Shown: positions 1-10,912 of the stretch, piece by piece
How the letters are laid out: each line of letters opens with the position of its first letter
Position numbering within the stretch: position 1 is the stretch's first letter
Assembly (NCBI GenBank): GCA_965237805.1
Contig: OZ250153.1
Coordinates: 416,001-480,000 of the forward strand
Length of the DNA: 64,000 nucleotides
Direction of reading: 5' to 3'
Source: Gammaproteobacteria bacterium
GTDB lineage: Bacteria; Pseudomonadota; Gammaproteobacteria; JABABF01
Position numbers and translations under genes: made by a program
Notes under the pieces: model-generated
Databases searched by the model: none
Told to the model about the DNA's origin: nothing
The model's input: only the letters and a program-made list of their open reading frames with translations

Positions 1-1321
1 CCTCGATCTCCTGCGCTGTGCGCGGCGCTTCACCATTCAGTATCTCCGCACCCTGCTCGGTGACCAAAACATCGTCCTCAATGCGGATACCGATGCCGCG
101 CCAGTGCTCTGCCACCGTCTCATCATCGGCATCAATGTACAGCCCAGGCTCGACCGTAAAAGTCATTCCCGGCCGCAATTTGCGCCAGTGGCCGTCGAGC
201 TTGTAGGCACCGACATCGTGCACATTCAAGCCCAACCAGTGGCCGGTTTTATGCATATAGAAGCGTCGGTAGGCACCGCTCTCAATCAGGCCGTCCAGCT
301 CTCCCTCCAACAGGCCCAAGTTCACTAGGCCGCAACACAGCTCGCGCACCGCAGCCTCGTGCGGCTCGTGCCAACCGCGCCCTGGCCCCGCCACCGCCAA
401 CGCTGCGCGCCAGGCGGCGGCCACCACATCGTGCAGGGCGCGTTGCTCGGCGCTGAAGTGGCCATCGACCGGAAAAGTCCGGGTGATGTCAGAGGCGTAA
501 CCAGCCAACTCGCAGCCAGCGTCGACCAGCACCAATTGTCCCGCCTCGATGCACTGCTCGTTGGCCGTGTAATGCAGCACGCAGGCATTGGCCCCAGCGG
601 CGACGATGCTGTCGTAGGCCAAGTGGCTTGCGCCGCGCATCGCGCAGGCGTAGCGGAACTCGGCTGCCAGCTGGTACTCGTGCAAACCGGGACGGCAGCA
701 GCGCATTAACTGGCAGTGGGCGGCAGCGGAGATAGCACCGGCACTGCGCATCAGCCGCAGCTCCTCGGCGTCTTTGACCAAGCGCATCTCGTGTAGCAGG
801 GCACCGCTGTCCATCACCCCGGCCATCGCCTGCTCACCATCCCGCTGGGCAGTGAGCGACAGCTGACTCCAAGCGCGGAGCTGCTCGGCAAAGGCTGGTG
901 GCGCGTCCAGCGGGGTGTAGAGCAGCTGTCGCCCACGCAATAGGCGCGTCATGCGCATCGCCAGTTCTGAGAGCGGGAAGGCGCGATCGAAGCCATAGTC
1001 GATGACCGCCTCCTCGACGCCCGGCACGACCCCCTCCCAGCGCTCCAGCGTCACCTTCCGGGGGCGGCAAAACAGGATGGATTCGCCGTCGCCGCCAGCG
1101 GCGGCGGGTGCCAACACCAGCACGGCATCGGGCTGGTTGAATGCACTCAGATAGAGAAAATCACTGTCCTGCCTAAAGGGATGGAAAGTATCGCCAGCAC
1201 GCGGGCTGGGAGCGGCGGCCGGCAATACCAACAGCGCCTCGGCGGGCAGCTCGGAAAGCAGCTTCCGCCGGCGCTCAGCGACAGCGGAAATGGTGGCTTC
1301 AATTGACAGAGAAGAGAGCAT
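1..1321 (-). CDS. pepP: Xaa-Pro aminopeptidase (partial; 3' end runs off window)
   Basis: Not in the ORF track because there is no stop in the window. Manual translation from ATG 1321: MLSSLS...FHPFRQDSDFLYL...HEMRLVK...GIGIRIEDDVLVT...EIE, the M24B aminopeptidase P motifs. Confidence 0.9.
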   Translation of the reverse strand, partial: MLSSLSIEATISAVAERRRKLLSELPAEALLVLPAAAPSPRAGDTFHPFRQDSDFLYLSAFNQPDAVLVLAPAAAGGDGESILFCRPRKVTLERWEGVVPGVEEAVIDYGFDRAFPLSELAMRMTRLLRGRQLLYTPLDAPPAFAEQLRAWSQLSLTAQRDGEQAMAGVMDSGALLHEMRLVKDAEELRLMRSAGAISAAAHCQLMRCCRPGLHEYQLAAEFRYACAMRGASHLAYDSIVAAGANACVLHYTANEQCIEAGQLVLVDAGCELAGYASDITRTFPVDGHFSAEQRALHDVVAAAWRAALAVAGPGRGWHEPHEAAVRELCCGLVNLGLLEGELDGLIESGAYRRFYMHKTGHWLGLNVHDVGAYKLDGHWRKLRPGMTFTVEPGLYIDADDETVAEHWRGIGIRIEDDVLVTEQGAEILNGEAPRTAQEIE

Positions 1322-1332
1322 GCCTATAGAGT
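1303..1332 (+). promoter_or_regulatory. sigma70-type promoter for tRNA-Leu
   Basis: Perfect TTGACA at 1303-1308, then TATAGA (1325-1330) or TAGAGT (1327-1332), just upstream of the tRNA at 1344. Confidence 0.6.
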
Positions 1333-1343
1333 ACTCAGTCGCC

Positions 1344-1430
1344 GCCCAGGTGGTGAAATTGGTAGACACGCTGGCTTCAGGTGCCAGTGACCGCAAGGTC
1401 GTGGAGGTTCAAGTCCTCTCCTGGGCACCA
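1344..1430 (+). tRNA. tRNA-Leu (anticodon CAG)
   Basis: Acceptor stem GCCCAGG/CCTGGGC; D-loop TGGTAGAC; anticodon arm CTGGC-TTCAGGT-GCCAG; long variable arm; GTTCAAGTC T-loop; encoded CCA. Confidence 0.96.
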
Positions 1431-1538
1431 TTTTGCACTAGGTCACGTGAGTCATCCTCGGATAGAGGCGCACAATGGAAGACTGGTTACGCGTTAGTTT
1501 GCACGTTAACATGACACCAAGTCCTCTCCTGGGCACCA
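1410..1538 (+). repeat. 21-bp direct repeat of the tRNA-Leu 3' end (att-like), copies at 1410-1430 and 1518-1538
   Basis: CAAGTCCTCTCCTGGGCACCA occurs identically twice, 87 bp apart. Confidence 0.9.
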
Positions 1539-1545
1539 ACGGCAC

Positions 1546-4053
<2,508 letters not shown>

Positions 4054-4075
4054 GGCGAGCGCCGCACGGCATCCC

Positions 4076-4957
4076 TCAGGGGGACTGCTGAACGTCCCCC
4101 TGCTTCAGATAGCGAAAAAACTCGCTGTCCGGTGCCAGCAGGAACAAATCTCTCGCATCTGCGAATGACCTGCGGTAGGCGGTGAGGCTGCGCGTGAACG
4201 CATAGAACTCGCGATCTTGATTGTAGGCGGTGGCATAGATGCTCGCCGCTTTGGCATCGCCTTGACCGCGTATTTTCTCGGCCGTACGATAGGCTTCGGC
4301 AGCGATCACCGTCTTCTCACGATCTGCCGCCGCACGCAAACCCTCAGCCAACTCGCGCCCCTTGGAACGGTGCTCGCGCGCCTCGCGCTCACGCTCCGCC
4401 CGCATACGCCGATAGACGGATTCGCTGACATCGCCGGGCAGATCAATGCGCTTGACGCGCACGGCAACCAACTCAATGCCCAATTCTTCGCGCACGGGGG
4501 CATCGAGCTGCACCAGCAGCTCCGTGATCAACTCATCGCGCTCACCAGACACCACCTCGCTCATGGTGCGGGCACCGAACTGGTTACGCAGACCGTTGTT
4601 GATACGCTGCGAGAGCAATTCGCTGGTGCGCAATTCCTCACCGTTGGTTGCGGTGTAGTACAACTCCACATTACTGATGCGCCAAGTGGCATAGGAGTCC
4701 ACTTGCAGGAATTTCTTCTCCTCTGTCAAAAAGCGCTCGGGGCGCGTGTCCAAGATCAACAGGCGGGCATCAAATTTGCGCACGCTGTGGACAAATGGCA
4801 CCTTCAAATGCAGGCCTGGTGCAATGTCATCGCGAATCAATTCCCCGAAACGCAACATCACCGCACGCTCCGTCTCGCGCACGATAAATAACGCATTGCC
4901 GCTCAGGAACAGGACCAGCAGTAGCCCGGTCAACATCAACTGCACCCGTGCGGACAT
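4076..4957 (-). CDS. hflC: protease modulator HflC
   Basis: SPFH domain (PGLHLKVPF, RVKRIDLP, RMRAERE, FYAFTRSL); follows hflK. Confidence 0.94.
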   Translation of the reverse strand: MSARVQLMLTGLLLVLFLSGNALFIVRETERAVMLRFGELIRDDIAPGLHLKVPFVHSVRKFDARLLILDTRPERFLTEEKKFLQVDSYATWRISNVELYYTATNGEELRTSELLSQRINNGLRNQFGARTMSEVVSGERDELITELLVQLDAPVREELGIELVAVRVKRIDLPGDVSESVYRRMRAEREREAREHRSKGRELAEGLRAAADREKTVIAAEAYRTAEKIRGQGDAKAASIYATAYNQDREFYAFTRSLTAYRRSFADARDLFLLAPDSEFFRYLKQGDVQQSP

Positions 4958-4959
4958 GA

Positions 4960-6084
4960 TCAACGCCCCCGTGGACGGCGGCGGGTATCTGCAGGGCGTT
5001 CGCGCAGCTGCTCGCTGGCCTGACGCAGACGCTCGGCATCACCCTCCGAGAGTTCGATCGGTTGACGGGCGGAGTTCAGCAGGCGATCCAGCGGCAGATA
5101 GAACAGACTATTACTGCCCTCCTTGACATCGACCACCACCTTCGAGACTTTCCCCATCACCTCTTCCACAGCATCCAGATAGAGACGCTTGCGGGTGACC
5201 TCCGGTGCCCGCTGGTACTCGCCGAGCAGCTGGTTGAAGCGGGACGCATCGCCCTCGGCCCGCGCAATCACTTCGGCGCGGTAGGCTTGGGATTCTTCGA
5301 GGGCGCGCTTGGCCACACCGCGCGCCCTAGGCACCACTTCATTGGCATAGGCCTCGGCCTCGTTCTTGTAGCGTGCTTCGTCTTCCAAGGCCTTGTTGAC
5401 ATCGTCGAAAGCCTCCTTGACCGCCTGTGGCGGAGAGGCCTCGTTGATGTTCACCTGCAACAGCGTAATGCCGGTGCCATAACGATTCAGATAGCGCTGC
5501 ATCCGCCGCTGCACATCGAACGCCACCTGCTCGCGGCCAAAGGTGATGACATGATCGATCTCCGAGCTGCCAACCACATGGCGCAACGCGCTTTCAGCTG
5601 CCAGACGCATGCTACCGATGGGGTTACGCACTCTCAGCACATAGTTCTTGGGATCGAGCACACGGTACTGAAAAGTGATGCGGACATCGACGATATTCTC
5701 ATCCTTGGTGAGCATGTGCCCGTCGTAGGATTCGGAATAAACCTTGGTGACATTGACTTTGTAGATCTGGTCAATCACCGGCATGCGCCAACGCAGGCCG
5801 GGCTGCACCAAGCTATGGAAGCGACCGAGGCGCAAGGTCACAGCGCGCTCCTGCTCGTCCAGCTGATAGAAACCAAAAGCCCCCCAAAGAGCGAACAAGA
5901 CCAGAAAAATAGCCAATAGCGAGCGCGGGCGGAAACCCTGCCCACCACCGAATAAGTTGTTAAACCGGCGCCAGCTATGGGCAAACATCGCTTCCAAATT
6001 GGGGCCGTCAGAACCGCCGCCCCCCCCCCAAGCATTGCGATCGCGATCTGAGTCCCCACTGCCAGTGGGGCGATTCCAATTCAT
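4960..6084 (-). CDS. hflK: FtsH protease modulator HflK
   Basis: MNWN..G N-terminus, MLTKDENIV, ESALRHVVG, APEVTRKRLYLD. Confidence 0.94.
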   Translation of the reverse strand: MNWNRPTGSGDSDRDRNAWGGGGGSDGPNLEAMFAHSWRRFNNLFGGGQGFRPRSLLAIFLVLFALWGAFGFYQLDEQERAVTLRLGRFHSLVQPGLRWRMPVIDQIYKVNVTKVYSESYDGHMLTKDENIVDVRITFQYRVLDPKNYVLRVRNPIGSMRLAAESALRHVVGSSEIDHVITFGREQVAFDVQRRMQRYLNRYGTGITLLQVNINEASPPQAVKEAFDDVNKALEDEARYKNEAEAYANEVVPRARGVAKRALEESQAYRAEVIARAEGDASRFNQLLGEYQRAPEVTRKRLYLDAVEEVMGKVSKVVVDVKEGSNSLFYLPLDRLLNSARQPIELSEGDAERLRQASEQLRERPADTRRRPRGR

Positions 6085-6117
6085 GATGTGGACATAGAAC
6101 AATTCCAGCCGTTCATT

Positions 6118-7380
6118 CTAACAAAAATCGGCAGCGCGGCGGCGCAGCTGGTGCCACTCCCGCTCGGGCAACTGTAAATCTAGGCGCATGCGACCATCGT
6201 TGAAGCAGGCCTCGTCCACCACCACGCCGCGGTCGTAGAGCTGTGCACGCAGAGCGCCAGCAGATGCTGCCAACCACAGCTGGCGGCGGCTCGGCGCACC
6301 CACCAAGGACTCGGCTAGTGCTGCGCTTAGCAAATCCAAGCCAGTACCGGTAGCGGCCGAACACCACACCTGTCGCGGTCGGCCATCGTCATCGCGTGCG
6401 ATGCGCGGCACGGCATCCGGTAGACGATCGATCTTGTTCATCACCTCGATGCAGGGCAATTGGTCGACCCCGAGTTCTTCGAGCACTTGCTGCACGGCGT
6501 CGCGCTGTCGATCGGTATCCGCTTGGCTGGCATCGATGACATGCAGTAGCAAGGAAGCCGATTCGAGTTCCTCCAAAGTGGCGCGAAACGCATCGATCAA
6601 CGAGTGCGGCAGCGCCCGGATAAAGCCGACCGTATCGCTGAGCAGCGCCTCGACTCCACCCGCCATGCGCAGCTGGCGCACCGTCGGGTCCAAGGTGACG
6701 AAGGGCTGGTTTGCAACCATTGCGCCAGCATTGCACAAACGGTTGAAACAGCTTGACTTGCCCGCATTGGTGTAGCCAACCAAGGCGATCTGTGGCATGG
6801 CACTGCGGCGGCGCACCCGTCGCCTCAGGCGGCGCTGTGAACGCAGCCGAGTTAAGCGGCGGCGCAGACGACGCATGCGCCCGCCCACTTGGCGGCGATC
6901 GCTTTCCAATTGGGTCTCGCCGGGACCGGCGCGCAAGCCGATGCCACCACGCTGCCGCTCCAAGTGCTGCCAACCGCGTACCAAGCGCGTATACAGGTAC
7001 TCGAGCTGCGCTAGCTCAATCTGCAACATGCCCTCACTAGACTGTGCCCGGTCGGCAAACAACTCGAGGATCAAGCCACTGCGGTCGATGGTGCGACACT
7101 CGCAGAGCCGCTCCATGCGTTGCTCGTGAGCCGCGCTGAGCTCGGCATCAACCAACAGTAGCTCGGCCTGCGCATCGCGCACAGCGATACGGATCTCATC
7201 GAGTTTTCCACTTCCCACCGAGACCTTGGGCCAGCGCGGTGCCGCCGGACACTGGACATAGCCCGCGATCTCGCTACCGGCGGCACGCGCCAGCGCTTCA
7301 AACTCTGCTCGCTGGGCGGCATCGCCACCAAACAGCACCAACAGAGTGCGCCGACCGGCAGCGAGTCGGTCGAAAAACAG
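6118..7380 (-). CDS. hflX: ribosome rescue GTPase HflX (start uncertain: CTG 7380 or TTG 7341)
   Basis: GPGETQLESDRR, GYTNAGKSS, DTVGFI, NKID; sits between hfq and hflK. Confidence 0.92.
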   Translation of the reverse strand: MFFDRLAAGRRTLLVLFGGDAAQRAEFEALARAAGSEIAGYVQCPAAPRWPKVSVGSGKLDEIRIAVRDAQAELLLVDAELSAAHEQRMERLCECRTIDRSGLILELFADRAQSSEGMLQIELAQLEYLYTRLVRGWQHLERQRGGIGLRAGPGETQLESDRRQVGGRMRRLRRRLTRLRSQRRLRRRVRRRSAMPQIALVGYTNAGKSSCFNRLCNAGAMVANQPFVTLDPTVRQLRMAGGVEALLSDTVGFIRALPHSLIDAFRATLEELESASLLLHVIDASQADTDRQRDAVQQVLEELGVDQLPCIEVMNKIDRLPDAVPRIARDDDGRPRQVWCSAATGTGLDLLSAALAESLVGAPSRRQLWLAASAGALRAQLYDRGVVVDEACFNDGRMRLDLQLPEREWHQLRRRAADFC

Positions 7381-7437
7381 TGGGATCAGCCAACCCTCGG
7401 CGCTTGGCTCAGACCGAGCTGCGCACAGTGGCGCAGC

Positions 7438-7986
7438 TCAGCTGTCGCCGTAGTTGCCGCCAGAACCGTAGCTATCGTCCCGGTTGCCAGACTGGTAGGG
7501 GCGGCCACCGCCACCGCCACCGCCACGCATCGGCGGACCACCACGACGCCCGCCACCACCGCCGCCCGAGCCTTGTTGGCGACGATAGCCGCCACCGCCA
7601 CCACCACCGCCACCGCGCCGGTTGCCGTAAAAATCGCGGCGCTGGCCGCCACCGGCATAGTTGCCTTGATGCTCGCCGCCCTCGTTTTCATGATTCTGCC
7701 AACTGCGCACCCCGCCATAGGGCACCTCAAAGTTCACACTGCGATCCGGCGTGATGGACAGCACGCCCTGCTTGTAAACCATCTGCAGGTTGCGCGCCTC
7801 GGCACCGTCCTCGAGCTGCTCCTCGTCAGCAGATTCGGTCTCGACGGCGGCATCGGTTGCAACGCGCAACAGCAGGACGGCGCGATCGAAAGCCTCAATG
7901 CAACCCTGCAATTTGGCCCCGTTGATCAGATTGATGGTCACCGGCACTTTATCGCGGCGCAACATATTGATAAATGGATCTTGCAT
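7438..7986 (-). CDS. hfq: divergent RNA chaperone Hfq with acidic loop insertion and long Gly/Arg-rich tail
   Basis: QDPFINMLRRDKVPV..L.NG.KLQG.IE.FD and QMVYK Sm motifs; canonical miaA-hfq-hflX position. Confidence 0.88.
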   Translation of the reverse strand: MQDPFINMLRRDKVPVTINLINGAKLQGCIEAFDRAVLLLRVATDAAVETESADEEQLEDGAEARNLQMVYKQGVLSITPDRSVNFEVPYGGVRSWQNHENEGGEHQGNYAGGGQRRDFYGNRRGGGGGGGGGYRRQQGSGGGGGGRRGGPPMRGGGGGGGRPYQSGNRDDSYGSGGNYGDS

Positions 7987-8168
7987 TTTGTCTACGGGAT
8001 CAGCCCTAAGCTGTCTCTCCTCAGTTGGTGGATTGGCTATTGCCTAGGCCATTTCCTATAAATCACCGATCATGGGAATTAAGAGGCTGCACTCAGCGCC
8101 GCCAAGGCGATGTATCACCCTCTATTCTAACGCCTGATAGCCAGAGACGCAACAAACAGGCTGACAAC

Positions 8169-9116
8169 TCAGCGCCAACCGCCAGCGACCAGCCAGCGAT
8201 CCGCCAAGCGCTGCACCGCCCGGACATCGCCAGCAAGCACTGGCGACCAGCCGTGCCAGCGCCGCGCCCATGTCCGCTGACGACGTGCCAAGCGCTTGGT
8301 TGCCGTCAAGATTGACGCTTCCAACTCGGCAGCGCCGAGACGGCCCGCCAGCAATTCCAACACTTGGCGGTAGCCGACGGCACGCGCCGCCGGAACCCCT
8401 GCGCGCAGAGCCCCGCTGCGTAGCAAGCCGCGCGTCTCGTCGACCAAACCAGCGCGCAACATCTGTTGCAGGCGCAGCGCCATGCACTGCTCGTGCGCCG
8501 GGCGATCGGGCATATCCAGCATCAGTTTGAGTATGGGATAGTGGGCTGCCAAGCCGTTGCGGTGCCCGCGCAAGGCGCTGGGCGGACGGCCTGTCAACAG
8601 GTAAATCTCCAGCGCCCGTTGCAGGCGCTGACCGTGATTTGGGTGTAACCGGGCCGCCGTCTGCGGATCTACCATCCGCAAACGGCGGTGCAAAGCTGGC
8701 CAGCCATGGCGCTGTGCGATCGCCTCGATGCGGCGGCGCAGGCTGGGATCGGCGGGTGGCAACTCGTCCAAGCCCTCAAGCAGGACATGAAAATAGAGCA
8801 TGCTGCCACCCACCAACAGCGGCAAATGGCCGCGCCGATGAATCGCCTCGACCAAGCGCTGAGCGTCGCGCCGAAAGTCGCCAGCAGAATAGCCCTCGCC
8901 GGGATCACGGACATCGATCAGATGATGAGTGATACGCGCACGCACGGTCGCCGAAGGCTTGGCGGTGCCGATGTCCATGCCGCGGTAGACCATGGCCGAA
9001 TCGACGCTGATCAACTCGCAGTGCAGCTGTTCGGCCAATGCCAGCGCCAAGCTGGTCTTACCAGTCGCTGTGGCACCGGCGAGACACAGCACCGGCAACT
9101 GCGCGGGCTGGCTCAC
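8169..9116 (-). CDS. miaA: tRNA dimethylallyltransferase
   Basis: GATATGKT P-loop, SVDSAMVYRGMDIGTAKP, VGGSMLY; GTG start overlaps the mutL stop. Confidence 0.95.
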   Translation of the reverse strand: MSQPAQLPVLCLAGATATGKTSLALALAEQLHCELISVDSAMVYRGMDIGTAKPSATVRARITHHLIDVRDPGEGYSAGDFRRDAQRLVEAIHRRGHLPLLVGGSMLYFHVLLEGLDELPPADPSLRRRIEAIAQRHGWPALHRRLRMVDPQTAARLHPNHGQRLQRALEIYLLTGRPPSALRGHRNGLAAHYPILKLMLDMPDRPAHEQCMALRLQQMLRAGLVDETRGLLRSGALRAGVPAARAVGYRQVLELLAGRLGAAELEASILTATKRLARRQRTWARRWHGWSPVLAGDVRAVQRLADRWLVAGGWR

Positions 9117-10912
9117 CGACCACGGAGAAATTGGCGATCCAAATCCGGCAAGCGGTACTCGAGCCAGGTCGGGCGCCCGTGATTGCACTGCCCGCTACGC
9201 TCGGTTCGCTCCATCGCCCGCAACAGGGCGTTCATCTCCGCCAGACTGAGGCGGTCATTGGCGCGCACCGCCGCTCGGCACGCCATGGAGGACAACAAAT
9301 CGTCGCCGAGGCAGCGCAGCCGATCGCTCTGACCGGCAACCATCAGCTCGGCCAGCACATCGCGCGCCAAAGCAGCGCCGTCCACCTGTCCCAGCTCGGC
9401 TGGCACCGCACGCACCAGCAGCTGCTCTTCAGCGATGCGAGACAGCTGCAGGCCAGCGGCGGCGAGCTCCTCGGCATGGCACTCGGCGAGCTCGGCCTCG
9501 GCATTGGTGCAGCGCAGAACCGCTGGTGGCAACAGCGATTGGCTCGGCACTTGGCCTACACTGCGCGCCGCCTTGAGGCGCTCATAGACCAAACGCTCAT
9601 GCGCGGCGTGCATGTCGACCACGATGAGACCATCGCGATTCTCGGCCAAAATATAGATCCCTTTGAGCAGTGCCAAGGCATAGCCCAAAGGCGGCACCGC
9701 GCTGTCGTCAGCGGCTGTATCGTCCCCCTCCGCAGCGCGACTGGCGATGCCGCGCCAAGCCTCCAGCTGTTCGGAGATCCGCGACGACGGCTCCCGCCCC
9801 GCACGCAGTGCGAGGCCGGGACCGGGCTGCGGGTTGGATGGCGACGGCAGGACAGCGGCGACACCCGCGGCGGCTGGCTCTTCGTCGGGACGCAGGGAAG
9901 CCAAGCGCCGATGCAGGCTGCGGTGGAGGAAATCGCCCACTCGCCGGGCATCGCGAAAGCGCACTTCGGCTTTGGCCGGATGCACATTCATGTCCACCGC
10001 CTCGGCATCCAACTCGAGGTGGAGCACATAGGCCGGGTGGCGCCCGTGATACATCACATCGGCGTAGCTGCGTCGCACGGCGTGCGCCGCCATCCGGTCG
10101 CGCACAGCGCGACCGTTGACGAACAAGTGCTGTTGATCGGCCTGCGAGCGGCTGTAGCGGGGCGAGGAGATCCAGCCCCACAGCGACAGTTCTCCCTCAG
10201 CCTCGCCCTCGCGGCAGTGCAAGGCCACACACTGCTCGGCGAAATCAGGCGAGCACAGTGTCGCCAAGCGCTCACCCTGCTGCGTGACATCGGCGCAGGG
10301 TGCCACCCGCAATCTGGAACGGCCATCGGCACGGAGCTCAAAGCCAATGCCGGGATGACCGAGGGCCAAGCTGCGCAAAACCTTATCGGCGCGCAGCAGT
10401 TCAGTGCGTGCAGTGCGCAAAAACTTCCGCCTAGCTGGCACATTGAAGAATAGCTCCACCACCTCGACCACCGTGCCGCGGGGATGTGGCGCCGGGCGCA
10501 GGGCGGAGAGTCCCTCCCCCGGTGCCGATTCGAGCAGGAAAGCGGTCTCGGCATCGCCAGTGCGGGATAGCAGTCGGAGCCGCGCCACCGAAGCGAGGCT
10601 GGCTAAGGCCTCACCTCGGAAGCCCAGCGTGGCGACCTGTCGCAGCTCTTCAAAACTGGCAATTTTGCTGGTCGCGTGGCGCGCCAAGGCGAGTGGCAGA
10701 TCGGCGGCGGCGATGCCCGCACCGTCATCGCGAACAGAGATGCGCCGCAGCCCCCCCTCCTCGAGCTCGACCACGATGTGCTCCGCACCGGCGTCGATGC
10801 TGTTCTCGACCAATTCCCGCACCGCCGAGGCGGGGCGCTCGATCACCTCGCCAGCGGCGATCTGATCCACCAGTGCACTGGGTAGCGCCCGGATGCGTTC
10901 GCCAACACTCAT
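9113..10912 (-). CDS. mutL: DNA mismatch repair endonuclease MutL
   Basis: IAAGEVIERPAS, HATSKI, GFRGEALAS, DMHAAHER endonuclease motif, CNHGRPT. Confidence 0.96.
   Translation of the reverse strand: MSVGERIRALPSALVDQIAAGEVIERPASAVRELVENSIDAGAEHIVVELEEGGLRRISVRDDGAGIAAADLPLALARHATSKIASFEELRQVATLGFRGEALASLASVARLRLLSRTGDAETAFLLESAPGEGLSALRPAPHPRGTVVEVVELFFNVPARRKFLRTARTELLRADKVLRSLALGHPGIGFELRADGRSRLRVAPCADVTQQGERLATLCSPDFAEQCVALHCREGEAEGELSLWGWISSPRYSRSQADQQHLFVNGRAVRDRMAAHAVRRSYADVMYHGRHPAYVLHLELDAEAVDMNVHPAKAEVRFRDARRVGDFLHRSLHRRLASLRPDEEPAAAGVAAVLPSPSNPQPGPGLALRAGREPSSRISEQLEAWRGIASRAAEGDDTAADDSAVPPLGYALALLKGIYILAENRDGLIVVDMHAAHERLVYERLKAARSVGQVPSQSLLPPAVLRCTNAEAELAECHAEELAAAGLQLSRIAEEQLLVRAVPAELGQVDGAALARDVLAELMVAGQSDRLRCLGDDLLSSMACRAAVRANDRLSLAEMNALLRAMERTERSGQCNHGRPTWLEYRLPDLDRQFLRGR

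Noticed and set aside
6820-6900. Extreme Arg run in HflX (RMRRLRRRLTRLRSQRRLRRRVRRR)
   Set aside because: It corresponds to the normally basic coiled-coil before the G domain, exaggerated by GC bias.
8044-8052. ATG GCC TAG mini-ORF in frame with hfq, 22 codons upstream (possible read-through or uORF)
   Set aside because: The RBS spacing is too short, the intervening peptide is not Hfq-like, and TAG acts as a normal stop in other genes of this window.
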